Origin: Accumulibacter sp.
GTDB lineage: Bacteria; Pseudomonadota; Gammaproteobacteria; Burkholderiales; Rhodocyclaceae
Reading direction: 5' to 3'
NCBI GenBank assembly: GCA_031264825.1
Contig: JAISDL010000035.1
Coordinates: 1 to 40,059, forward strand
DNA length: 40,059 bases
This document shows positions 10,831 to 19,750 of this stretch, piece by piece. Under the pieces are notes generated by a model that was given only the letters and a program-made list of their open reading frames with translations, did no database searches and was not told the origin of the DNA. Every line of letters starts with the position of its first letter. The stretch's first letter is position 1. A program made the position numbers and the translations under genes.

Positions 10831-11664
10831 ATGGCCACGTACGCGATCGGAGACATTCATGGCTGTTTCGACGCCTTCATGCGGCTACTCGACCGTTGCG
10901 CCTTCGACCCGGCGAAGGACAGGCTCTGGTTGACGGGCGACCTCGTCAACCGCGGCCCGCGTTCGCTGGAAACCCTGCGCTTCGTCCATTCTCTGGGCGA
11001 AGCGGCGGTCACGGTCCTCGGCAACCACGATTTTTTTCTGCTGATGATCGCCGAAGGTTTCGGCAAACGTTCGCGTGACGACACCTTCGACGAAATACTC
11101 GTAGCCCCGGACCGCGGAGAACTGCTGACCTGGCTTCGCCATCGCCCCCTGTGCCATCTGGAAGGCGCTTACTGCCTCGTCCATGCGGGGCTTCTGCCGC
11201 AATGGACGACCGCGCGCGCGCGCGAACTCGCCTCCGAGGTCGAGGCGGCGCTGACGTGCCCTCGCTGGCGCGAGTTCATGGAAGGTCACATCTGGGGCAA
11301 TCTGCCCAATGTCTGGAGCGACTCGCTCGAAGGCTGGCCTCGCCTGCGCACGATCGTCAACGTCATGGCGCGTATGCGTTATTGTTCGCCCGAAGGCGTG
11401 ATGGACTTCAGCGCGAAAGGCGAGCTTTCGCAGGCGCCCGACGGATTTTTCCCGTGGTTCGAACTGCCGGGGCGGAGCGATGCCGACGCGACGCTCATCG
11501 TCGGGCACTGGTCGGCGCTCGGATTGAAGATCACCCCGAAGCTCCTCGCGATCGACACAGGCTGCCTGTGGGGCGGCGAACTGACGGCGATTCGACTTGA
11601 AGATCGCGCACTATTTCAGGTCAAGGCTTCCAAGGAAGAAACGCGGGCGCTTGAGCTTGAATAA
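10831..11664 (+). CDS. apaH: Symmetrical bis(5'-nucleosyl)-tetraphosphatase
   Basis: Motifs MATYAIGDIHGC, GDLVNRGP, LGNHD, VHAG, GHWSALG, DTGCLWGG. Confidence 0.95.
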   Translation: MATYAIGDIHGCFDAFMRLLDRCAFDPAKDRLWLTGDLVNRGPRSLETLRFVHSLGEAAVTVLGNHDFFLLMIAEGFGKRSRDDTFDEILVAPDRGELLTWLRHRPLCHLEGAYCLVHAGLLPQWTTARARELASEVEAALTCPRWREFMEGHIWGNLPNVWSDSLEGWPRLRTIVNVMARMRYCSPEGVMDFSAKGELSQAPDGFFPWFELPGRSDADATLIVGHWSALGLKITPKLLAIDTGCLWGGELTAIRLEDRALFQVKASKEETRALELE

Positions 11665-11667
11665 TAG

Positions 11668-11965
11668 AGAGGACAGAAGACAGAAGACAGAATGGTATTC
11701 AGTAGTCTGTAATCAGAGGGAGGAAGTCCTGCGACATCTGACGACTGACAACTGGTCACAAAGCGAGCGCTCAGTCCTCTATCTTATATCTTCTGTCCTC
11801 TGCAATCAGAAGACTGAGGACTGAAGACAGAACGGCCTTCGGCCTCTGTAGTCAGTAGCCTGTAATCTGAAGAGAGCAAGCCACGCGATATCTGACGACT
11901 GACAACTGGTTACAAAGCAAGCGCAGCTTGCGCTCAGTCTTCAGTCCTCTGTCCTCTGTCTTCAG
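11668..11965. repeat. Two tandem units of a nested inverted heptamer-repeat element
   Basis: (AGA[A/G]GAC)n arms pair with (GTC[C/T]TCT)n arms around inner TCAGTAG/TCTGACGACTGACAACTG arms. A 40-bp direct repeat at 11731-11770 and 11885-11924 has 3 mismatches. Confidence 0.85.
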
Positions 11966-12902
11966 CACCCCACGGCGCTTCGCCGAAGGTCGCGGCGTAG
12001 CGTTGCGCGATCTCGTCGCGGCGCACACGGTGGCTCTGCCCGCCGCGATGCGCGATCTTGATCGCGCCCATGACCGACGCGAGTCTTGCGCTTTTTTCGG
12101 CGTCCCAGCCGCTCGCGATTCCGTAAAGAAGACCGGCACGGTAGGCGTCGCCGCACCCGGTCGGGTCGACGACGGCGTCGGGGGTCACGCAGGGAATATC
12201 GCAGATGACACCGCTGGAATAAACGACCGACCCCTCGCTGCCGAGCGTGATGAACAGGGCTTCGAGCCGGTCGCTCAAAGCTTCGGTCGTCAGTCCCGTC
12301 CGGTCGCAGGCGAGCCGGACCTCGTAATCGTTGAAGCACGCGTAGTCGGCGAGGTCCAGAAAGTGCAGGATGTCGTCGCCGGAAAACATCGGGAGCCCCT
12401 GCCCCGGGTCGAAGACGAACGGAATTCCGAGGGAATTCATTTCGCGCGCGTGCTCGATCATTCCGTCGCGCCCGTCGGGAGCGACGATGCCGAGCGTAAC
12501 GCCCTTCGCGTCGGACACGCGGTTCAAGTGCGAAAAGTTCATCGCGCCGGGGTGGAAGGCCGTGATCTGGTTGTCGTCCATATCGGTCGTGATGAAGGCT
12601 TGCGCAGTCAGTTGGTCGTCGAGCGTGAGGACGTGCGTTCGGTCGAGGCCGGTTGCGTCGAGGTAGCGCAGGTAATCGCCGCCGTCGCTGCCGACTGCGG
12701 CCATGATCGTCGGTTCTCCGCCGATGAGCTTCAAGTTGTACGCGATGTTGCCGGCGCAGCCGCCGTATCCGCGCCGCATTTCGGGAACCAGAAAAGACAC
12801 GTTCAGGATATGAATCTGCTCCGGCAGGATGTGATTCCGGAAGCGATCCTGAAAGATCATGATGTTATCGTAGGCGAGCGAACCGCAGATCAGCGTGGTC
12901 AT
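11934..12902 (-). CDS. PfkB-family carbohydrate/nucleoside kinase
   Basis: Motifs LICGSLAYDNIM, GGCAGNIAYNL, FDPGQ, DPTGCGDAYRAG. Confidence 0.92.
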   Translation of the reverse strand: MTTLICGSLAYDNIMIFQDRFRNHILPEQIHILNVSFLVPEMRRGYGGCAGNIAYNLKLIGGEPTIMAAVGSDGGDYLRYLDATGLDRTHVLTLDDQLTAQAFITTDMDDNQITAFHPGAMNFSHLNRVSDAKGVTLGIVAPDGRDGMIEHAREMNSLGIPFVFDPGQGLPMFSGDDILHFLDLADYACFNDYEVRLACDRTGLTTEALSDRLEALFITLGSEGSVVYSSGVICDIPCVTPDAVVDPTGCGDAYRAGLLYGIASGWDAEKSARLASVMGAIKIAHRGGQSHRVRRDEIAQRYAATFGEAPWGAEDRGQRTED

Positions 12903-12932
12903 TTTCCGGTGTCCGGGGAGGAGTCTGGCGGC

Positions 12933-12938
12933 ATTATA
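12933..12938 (-). promoter_or_regulatory. Putative sigma70 -10 box for the PfkB kinase
   Basis: Perfect TATAAT on the minus strand about 30 bp upstream of the ATG, in otherwise GC-rich DNA. Confidence 0.5.
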
Positions 12939-13026
12939 GTGCAGACGCGGTCGGCTGGAACGGCTTTTGCCGCGTCGCGCGGTGCGCCACGCGCGTCGAG
13001 CAGGGGCGAACTGGAAAAGGAATAAA

Positions 13027-14325
13027 TCAGGGGTAGGCGACGTAAAGCCTGTAGCCGACGGCTTTTATGTCGCGCGCCTCGACCCAGAGCCGGATGCTTA
13101 TGTCGGAATTCGCGGCGAAAGCCTGGTGCGGTGAAATCTTCAGCGGAAGATATTCGCTCGGGTCGAAAACGCGCCGGACGACGACCTTGTCGTGCGCGTC
13201 GGTCAGCAGAAATTCAAGCGCGGGGTAGGCTTGCCCGTAATTGGCCCGGTTGCGCAGGAGCGCGTTCAACACCAGGAGGTCGCGTTCGGGGTCGCTCTGA
13301 AGGTCGGAGGCTTCGAGGTTGATCATCTCGATATGGCGCGGCAGCGGGACGCGCGCGCCGAACGCGCGGCTCACGAGTTCGAGCGGCGGCTTCAAAAGCG
13401 GCGCAGCCAACGCGATCTCGCCGCGAAAACGGCCGAGCACCTGGAAAAGCAGCACGACGCCGAGAAGGATGGCCGCAACTTTGAAGCGGCGTTCCATTCC
13501 GTCCGAATGCCCAAAGGAGCCGGAAAGGAAGGATTCCGCCCATTTGACGTCGGCGAGTATTCCGGCGATTTCGCGCGGCGGGGCGATTTCACCGGCGTGG
13601 TCGGTGTCGCGTGCTTTTCGCGCGGGTCGCGCCAGGGTCGGCGCGTCCGGCGCGTCCGCCTCCTCGCGCGCAAGCGGCGGCTCCGGCTCCGATGCCGGCT
13701 CGGATTCAGGTTCCGCTTCCACAGCGAAGTCCGTCAAATCGGGCGCTCCGACGGTTTTGGCCTGAATTTCCATATCGGGTGCGCGCGTCGGGAGAGGCGG
13801 CCAAAGTTCTTCGGGGCCGGCGGTTTCCGGGGTTTCTTCGGGTTCGGGAATTTTCAGGATTTCCGGCGCTTCCAGAAGTTCCAGGCGGCCCTCGGCCTCG
13901 TCGGGAATGTTTGGAAGATCGGGAATGTCGAGAACGGCGGGGTCGTCGGAATCGTCAGGAACGGCGAGGGCATCGAGGGGAACGAGTTCGTCGAGTCCTT
14001 CGAGCGGCGAAAAGTCGAGCGGAGCACCCAATGCGGTTTCTAAAAGCGGCTCGACCGGCGTTTTCCCCGGCGCCCCGGTTTCGGGCGCTTTCAATGCGTC
14101 GGGGCGACCGTCTTCCGGCAGCGGGAATTCCTGCAGGCTTTCGAGACCTTCCAGCTCTTTCGGGTCGAGCAGGACGGGAAAACCAGCCGCACCTTCGTCG
14201 AGCAGGTTGCCGAGCGCGTTGAAGATCTCTTGGCATTGCCCGCACCGAACCTTGCCGCCGCGCGCCGACAAATGTTCCCGCGTCACGCGAAAAACGGTCC
14301 AGCAGTTCGGGCAACGCGCCTTCAT
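13027..14325 (-). CDS. Zinc-ribbon/DUF3426 domain membrane protein
   Basis: N-terminal RCPNCWTVFRV...GKVRCGQCQEIFNA zinc ribbon, acidic Pro-rich linker, one TM segment, C-terminal LRNRANYGQAYPALE...GYRLYVAYP. Usual position after prmA. Confidence 0.88.
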   Translation of the reverse strand: MKARCPNCWTVFRVTREHLSARGGKVRCGQCQEIFNALGNLLDEGAAGFPVLLDPKELEGLESLQEFPLPEDGRPDALKAPETGAPGKTPVEPLLETALGAPLDFSPLEGLDELVPLDALAVPDDSDDPAVLDIPDLPNIPDEAEGRLELLEAPEILKIPEPEETPETAGPEELWPPLPTRAPDMEIQAKTVGAPDLTDFAVEAEPESEPASEPEPPLAREEADAPDAPTLARPARKARDTDHAGEIAPPREIAGILADVKWAESFLSGSFGHSDGMERRFKVAAILLGVVLLFQVLGRFRGEIALAAPLLKPPLELVSRAFGARVPLPRHIEMINLEASDLQSDPERDLLVLNALLRNRANYGQAYPALEFLLTDAHDKVVVRRVFDPSEYLPLKISPHQAFAANSDISIRLWVEARDIKAVGYRLYVAYP

Positions 14326-15221
14326 GACCCGGCCTTCATTCCGGCGAGGCAGACCCAGCCTTCGCATGCGCCCGCTTTCGTCAGCGACACGCCGTTCGGG
14401 GTGTACGACGAAACCATGTCGTCGATCTGCGTTTCCAGGATGCCCGATAGAAGCAGGCGTCCGCCGGGACGGACGCGCGCGCAAATCTCCGGCGCGAGCG
14501 CTTTCAGCGTATTGGCAAGGATATTGGCAAGCACGATGTCGAAGCGGCGCTCGATTTTCACCGACGAATCCGTAAAGCGCACGTCGACGCGATTGCGTTC
14601 GGCGTTGTATCGCGCCGCCGCGACGGCCTGCGGGTCGATATCGATGCCGAGCAGCGTACTCGCGCCGAGTTTCGCCGCGGCGATCGCCAGAATACCCGAA
14701 CCGCAGCCGTAATCGAGAACCGAATCGCCCGGTTCGACGTGCCGTTCGATCCATTCGAGGCACAGGCGCGTCGTCGGGTGCGACCCGGTGCCGAAAGCCA
14801 TTCCGGGGTCGAGCCGCAGAACGAGCGCGCCGGGGTCGGGCGCTTCGTGCCACGACGGGACGACCCAGAGGCGGTCCGAGATGCGTATCGGGTCGAATTG
14901 CGATTGCGTCAGCTGCACCCAATCCTGCTCGGAGACTTCATCCTCGATGAGGGCGGGCTTTCCCTCGATTCCGGCGCGCGCCGCGCATTCGGCGGCAAGG
15001 CTCGCAAGGTCTACCCCCGGTTCGAACAGCGCGGTCACGCGCGAATTCTCCCAAGCGAGGACGGCGGACGCGCCGGGTTCATCGAATTGCGGCGTCTCCT
15101 TTTCGGTTCCCGCGTCGTCGTCGTCGATTTCCACCGAGAGCGCGCCCGCTTCGAGCAGGGCGTCCGCCAAGGCTTCCGCGTGCGCGGAGTCGGTTGTGAG
15201 GGTCAGGGAGTGCCAGGCCAC
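14322..15221 (-). CDS. prmA: Ribosomal protein L11 methyltransferase
   Basis: Motifs DWVQLTQSQFDPI, LDPGMAFGTGSHPTTRLC, VLDYGCGSGILAI, ANILAN. Confidence 0.97.
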   Translation of the reverse strand: MAWHSLTLTTDSAHAEALADALLEAGALSVEIDDDDAGTEKETPQFDEPGASAVLAWENSRVTALFEPGVDLASLAAECAARAGIEGKPALIEDEVSEQDWVQLTQSQFDPIRISDRLWVVPSWHEAPDPGALVLRLDPGMAFGTGSHPTTRLCLEWIERHVEPGDSVLDYGCGSGILAIAAAKLGASTLLGIDIDPQAVAAARYNAERNRVDVRFTDSSVKIERRFDIVLANILANTLKALAPEICARVRPGGRLLLSGILETQIDDMVSSYTPNGVSLTKAGACEGWVCLAGMKAGS

Positions 15222-15323
15222 GGGCGATTTTAGAGAAATGGGATGATTTCGACCTTTGTCAGGACGAGAGTGTACGTCAAAACCCGGAGGCGCGGAAACG
15301 CTTCCGACGAAGCGGGCGCCTGA

Positions 15324-15830
15324 TCAGTGTGCTTCGGAAGCTTCGGCGGCGGCGACGGCGGCCAGACTCAGAAAATATTCGAGCGCCAAAAGGTAGCCCT
15401 GACTGCCGAGACCGCTGATGACACCGACGGCGAGGTCGGAAAAATACGAACGCCGCCGGAAAGCCTCGCGGGAATGGATATTCGACAGGTGAACCTCGAT
15501 GAAGGGAATCTCCGTCGCCGCGAGCGCGTCGCGCAACGCCACGCTCGTATGCGTGAAACCCGCGGGGTTGATGATGATGTAGCCCACGCCCTGCTCGCGC
15601 GCCGTATGGACGCGCTCGATCAGCGCGCCCTCGTGATTGCTTTGGAAGGCTTCGAGCGCGGCGCCCGCCAGATTCGCGCGATGCGCGAGCGCCAGATTGA
15701 TTTCGGCGAGCGTCGTCCTGCCGTAGTATTCGGGTTCGCGCGCGCCCAGGAGGTTCAAATTGGGTCCGTGCAGGACGAGCAGACGCGCGAGCGCCGGACG
15801 CGGATTTTCAGTCGAGGCGGATTTTTTCAT
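15324..15830 (-). CDS. aroQ: Type II 3-dehydroquinate dehydratase
   Basis: Motifs [51 protein letters not shown]. Confidence 0.97.
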   Translation of the reverse strand: MKKSASTENPRPALARLLVLHGPNLNLLGAREPEYYGRTTLAEINLALAHRANLAGAALEAFQSNHEGALIERVHTAREQGVGYIIINPAGFTHTSVALRDALAATEIPFIEVHLSNIHSREAFRRRSYFSDLAVGVISGLGSQGYLLALEYFLSLAAVAAAEASEAH

Positions 15831-15957
15831 GGAAGAGAGTTTGCCGCATTCGACGCACTTTTGTCCAGTGTCGACAAAGTCACACGTCGACGAAATCACA
15901 CGTGCCGCAAAAGCCGAATTACGGCACAATTCATGTTTTCCCCGTTAAAATAACAAT

Positions 15958-16527
15958 ATGAGTAGCATAAACCTCACCGACCACTTCCTGATCGCGATGC
16001 CCGCGATGGAAGACCTCTTTTTCGCCCGGTCGCTCATCTACGTCGCCGAGCACAACGACCAGGGCGCGCTCGGCGTCATCGTCAACCGACCGACCGACAT
16101 GAATCTGGCTTCGCTTCTGGAAAAGATCAACGCCGGAATCGAAACTTCGGAGACCGTCGACCTGTCGTCGTGTCCCGTTCTTTTCGGCGGGCCTGTTCAA
16201 ACCGACCGCGGCTTCGTTCTCCACCGTCCGCTCGGCCGCTGGCAGGCGACGCTCATCGTGAACGACGACGTCGGACTTACGAGTTCGCGTGACGTGCTCC
16301 AGGCCTTCGCGCGCGACGGCACGCCGCACGAAATGATGCTCACGCTCGGCTACTCCGGCTGGGGAGCCGGCCAGCTCGAACACGAACTCTCGCAGAACGC
16401 GTGGCTCACGGTTCCGGCGGATCAACACATTCTCTTCGAAATGCCTTTTGAAGAAAGGCTGCCGTCCGCGATGGAGAGGCTCGGAATCGATTTCGCAAAC
16501 TTTTCCGGAAAAGCCGGGCATGCCTGA
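15958..16527 (+). CDS. yqgE: YqgE/AlgH family protein
   Basis: Motifs [33 protein letters not shown]-terminal AGHA; precedes yqgF-pyrR. Confidence 0.95.
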   Translation: MSSINLTDHFLIAMPAMEDLFFARSLIYVAEHNDQGALGVIVNRPTDMNLASLLEKINAGIETSETVDLSSCPVLFGGPVQTDRGFVLHRPLGRWQATLIVNDDVGLTSSRDVLQAFARDGTPHEMMLTLGYSGWGAGQLEHELSQNAWLTVPADQHILFEMPFEERLPSAMERLGIDFANFSGKAGHA

Positions 16528-16990
16528 TTCGGAAAGTCCGCCGCGCGGGACGGTGCTTGCTTTCGATTTCGGCGAAAAACGGATCGGCGTCGCCGTCGGC
16601 GAAACCGCGCTCGGGCAGGCGCACCCCCTGACGACGATCAGAAGCCATATTCAGGGCGGGCCGTTCGCGGCGATCGCTGCGTTGATCCGCGAATGGAAGC
16701 CGGTCGCGCTCGTCGTCGGCCGACCCGTTTCGCTCGACGGCGCGCCGCACGCGATGACGGCGCGCTGTGCGCGTTTTGCCGCCGACCTGCGCCGCCGCTT
16801 TGCGCTCCCGGTCGACTTTGCCGAGGAGCGCCTAAGCTCGGTCGAGGCCGAAGACCGCCTGCGCGCCGGCGGTCATTCGGCAAAAAGCGCGAAAGAATAC
16901 GTCGACGCGCTCGCCGCGCAGGTCATCCTTGAATACTATTTCGAAAGCCGTGCCGCTTTGCGCGCTCCGGAACCCGAATATGCCCATTGA
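16520..16990 (+). CDS. yqgF: YqgF/RuvX pre-16S rRNA nuclease
   Basis: Motifs [31 protein letters not shown]. Confidence 0.95.
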   Translation: MPDSESPPRGTVLAFDFGEKRIGVAVGETALGQAHPLTTIRSHIQGGPFAAIAALIREWKPVALVVGRPVSLDGAPHAMTARCARFAADLRRRFALPVDFAEERLSSVEAEDRLRAGGHSAKSAKEYVDALAAQVILEYYFESRAALRAPEPEYAH

Positions 16991-17486
16991 ACGCTTCCCC
17001 GACGCCGAGGTGCAATGCGCCGAACTCGCCGAACTCATTCGTCCGCGCCTCACTCCCGGAACGATGCTCGTCGGCATCCATTCGGGCGGCGCGTGGATCG
17101 CCCGACGCCTGAGCGAGCTTCTCGACCTGCCGGGTGAAATCGGGCTGATCGACGTTTCCTTCTACCGCGACGACTACGGCGAAAAGGGGCTGCATCCGCA
17201 GGTCAAGCCCACGTCGATTCCCTTCGACGTCGAAAACCGTCCGCTGATTCTCGTCGACGATGTTCTCTATACGGGGCGCACGACGCGCGCGGCGATCAAC
17301 GAGCTTTTCGACTACGGTCGTCCGGCGAGCGTCCGGCTCGCCGTCCTCGCGGACCGCGGCGGACGCGAACTCCCGATCACCGCCGAATTCTGTACCTGGC
17401 AGGTCGAACTCGACCCCAGGGAAGAACTGATTCTCGAACCCGACGACCACGGCAAACTGCGCTGGCGGCTCGAAAAACATGCGTAA
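16980..17486 (+). CDS. pyrR: PyrR, pyrimidine regulator/uracil phosphoribosyltransferase
   Basis: Motifs [31 protein letters not shown]. Confidence 0.95.
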   Translation: MPIERFPDAEVQCAELAELIRPRLTPGTMLVGIHSGGAWIARRLSELLDLPGEIGLIDVSFYRDDYGEKGLHPQVKPTSIPFDVENRPLILVDDVLYTGRTTRAAINELFDYGRPASVRLAVLADRGGRELPITAEFCTWQVELDPREELILEPDDHGKLRWRLEKHA

Positions 17487-18453
17487 TCCGCCGCTCTCCA
17501 ATCCTCAGATCGGCGCCGACGGCGCTCTGACGCACCTTTTGTCGACGGAAGGATTGCCGCGCGAAATCCTGCTGAACATCCTCGATACCGCGTCGAGCTT
17601 CCTTGAAGTGTCCGACCGCGACGTCAAAAAAGTCCCCTTGCTGCGCGGAAAGAGCGTCTTCAACTTGTTCTTCGAAAATTCGACGCGGACGCGGACGACG
17701 TTCGAGATCGCCGCGAAACGCCTTTCCGCCGACGTCATCAATCTCGACGTCGCGCGCTCTTCGACGTCGAAGGGCGAAACCCTGCTCGACACGATCGACA
17801 ACCTCGTTTCGATGCACGCCGACATGTTCGTCGTCCGTCACATTTCGTCCGGCGCGCCGCATTTGATCGCCGAGCACCTGAACCGGCTCGGCCGCTCCGA
17901 CATCCACGTGATCAACGCGGGCGACGGTCGCCATGCGCATCCGACGCAGGGTCTGCTCGACGTATTTACGGTGCGCCATTACAAAAAGGACTTTTCCGGT
18001 CTGAAAGTCGCCATCGTCGGCGACATCCTGCATTCGCGCGTCGCGCGTTCCAATATCCACGCGCTGAACACGCTCGGCGTCGCGGAAATCCGCGTGATCG
18101 GCCCGCAGACCCTGCTCCCCGCCGCGATGGAAACGATGGGCGTTAGCGTTTGCCCCGATTTGCGCGCAGGTGTTAGCGACTGCGACGTGATCATCATGCT
18201 CCGTTTGCAAAACGAACGCATGAACGGCGCTTTTCTGCCTTCGGCGCGGGAATATTTCAAGTGTTACGGCCTGACGCCCGAAGTCCTCGCTTACGCCCGT
18301 CCCGACGCGATCGTGATGCACCCGGGGCCGATGAACCGGGGCACCGAAATCGATTCCGAGGTCGCCGACGGTCCGCAGTCCGTCATCCTGAAACAGGTCA
18401 CTTTCGGCATCGCGGTCCGCATGGCCGTCATGAGCCTCCTGGCCGGGAATTGA
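17479..18453 (+). CDS. pyrB: Aspartate carbamoyltransferase, catalytic subunit
   Basis: Motifs [51 protein letters not shown]. Confidence 0.97.
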   Translation: MRNPPLSNPQIGADGALTHLLSTEGLPREILLNILDTASSFLEVSDRDVKKVPLLRGKSVFNLFFENSTRTRTTFEIAAKRLSADVINLDVARSSTSKGETLLDTIDNLVSMHADMFVVRHISSGAPHLIAEHLNRLGRSDIHVINAGDGRHAHPTQGLLDVFTVRHYKKDFSGLKVAIVGDILHSRVARSNIHALNTLGVAEIRVIGPQTLLPAAMETMGVSVCPDLRAGVSDCDVIIMLRLQNERMNGAFLPSAREYFKCYGLTPEVLAYARPDAIVMHPGPMNRGTEIDSEVADGPQSVILKQVTFGIAVRMAVMSLLAGN

Positions 18454-18457
18454 AAAC

Positions 18458-19750
18458 ATGCTTAATGCCGCCGAAACCGCCGTTCTGATCAAAAATGGCC
18501 GCGTCGTCGACCCGAAAAACCGCATCGACCGCCTCGCCGACGTTTTCATCGACGGCGGTCGGATCGCCGCCGTCGGCTCATCGCCTCCAGACTTCGTCCC
18601 GAACCGCGTCATCGACGCGCGCGGCTGGGTCGTCTGTCCCGGACTCGTCGACCTCTCGGCGCGCCTCGGCGCGCTCGAACCCGAGCTTTCGGCAGCCGTC
18701 GGCGGCGGGATCACCGTGACCGTCTGCCCGCCCGATACGCAGCCGCCGCTCGACGAACCCGGCCTCGTCGAACGGCTCGTCCGCCGCAGCGCGGCGCTCG
18801 GGCTTGCGCGCGTTGTCCCGGTCGGCGCGTTGACGCAGCAACTCGCCGGAGAGCGGCTCGCGGAAATGTTCAGTCTGCACGAAGCCGGCTGCGCCGCCTT
18901 TTCGCAGGTGCAGTACCCCATTTTCGACACGCAGGTTCTGTTTCGCGCGATGCAGTACGCCGCGACCTTCGGATTCGCCGTCCATCTGCAAGCGCAAGAC
19001 CCCTACCTCTCGCGCGACGGCGTCGCGCACGACGGAGAATTCGCCAGCCGGCGCGGTTTGCCCGGGATCCCGGTCTGCGCCGAAACCGTCGCGATCGCAA
19101 CGGCGCTCGTCCTCGCCGAAACGACGGGCGCCAAGCTGCACTTCGGCCGTCTTTCATCGGCTGCGGGCGTCGCGCTCGTCCGCAAGGCCAAAAGCGCCGG
19201 ACTGAACGTCAGTTGCGACGTCGCGATCCACCACCTTCATCTTTCGGAAGACGACATCGGGTACTTCGACAGCCACGCGCGCTTCGTTCCGCCGCTCAGG
19301 TCCGCCGAAGACCGGAGCGCCCTGCGCTGCGCGGTCGCCGACGGAACGGCCGCCCTGTGTTCCGACCACACGCCGCTCGACGAAGACGCCAAACTGCTTC
19401 CCTTCCCCGACGCCTCGCCCGGCGCGAGCGCGCTGGAACTCTTTCTGCCGCTGACGCTGAAATGGGCCGAGGAGTCGGCACTTCCGCTGGAAACGGCGCT
19501 CGCCCGCGTCACGTGCGACCCCGCGCGCATCCTCGGAATCGACGCCGGGGAACTGACGGTCGGGCGCGCGGCCGACCTCTGTATTTTCGACCCGGCCGAG
19601 ACCTGGCGCGTCTCGGCGGAAACGCTGCGCAGCGACGGCAAAAACACGCCCTTCCTCGGCGTCGAACTGACGGGCCGCGTCAAGGCGACGCTGATCGAAG
19701 GCCGCGTCGTTTTCGGTGGCGATTCGGCCTTCGACCCGAACGCCCTATAG
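18458..19750 (+). CDS. pyrC: Dihydroorotase-like protein (probably inactive PyrC')
   Basis: Amidohydrolase fold after pyrB (PGLVDLSARL, CPPDT, PPLRS, SDHTP, GKNTPF). The metal-binding HxH motif is replaced by SAR. Confidence 0.88.
   Translation: MLNAAETAVLIKNGRVVDPKNRIDRLADVFIDGGRIAAVGSSPPDFVPNRVIDARGWVVCPGLVDLSARLGALEPELSAAVGGGITVTVCPPDTQPPLDEPGLVERLVRRSAALGLARVVPVGALTQQLAGERLAEMFSLHEAGCAAFSQVQYPIFDTQVLFRAMQYAATFGFAVHLQAQDPYLSRDGVAHDGEFASRRGLPGIPVCAETVAIATALVLAETTGAKLHFGRLSSAAGVALVRKAKSAGLNVSCDVAIHHLHLSEDDIGYFDSHARFVPPLRSAEDRSALRCAVADGTAALCSDHTPLDEDAKLLPFPDASPGASALELFLPLTLKWAEESALPLETALARVTCDPARILGIDAGELTVGRAADLCIFDPAETWRVSAETLRSDGKNTPFLGVELTGRVKATLIEGRVVFGGDSAFDPNAL

Noticed and set aside
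11731-11924. 40-bp direct repeat pair as a possible CRISPR array
   Set aside because: Only two copies, 154 bp apart. The intervening DNA is itself repetitive and there are no cas genes.
13027-14922. 631-aa ORF suggesting a longer DUF3426 protein
   Set aside because: The N-terminal extension overlaps prmA in another frame. The zinc ribbon starts at ATG 14325, coupled to the prmA stop.
15902-15936. GTGCCG/CGGCAC inverted repeat and GGCAC as a sigma54 site before yqgE
   Set aside because: There is no GC at the -12 position, and a 6-bp GC-rich inverted repeat is expected by chance.
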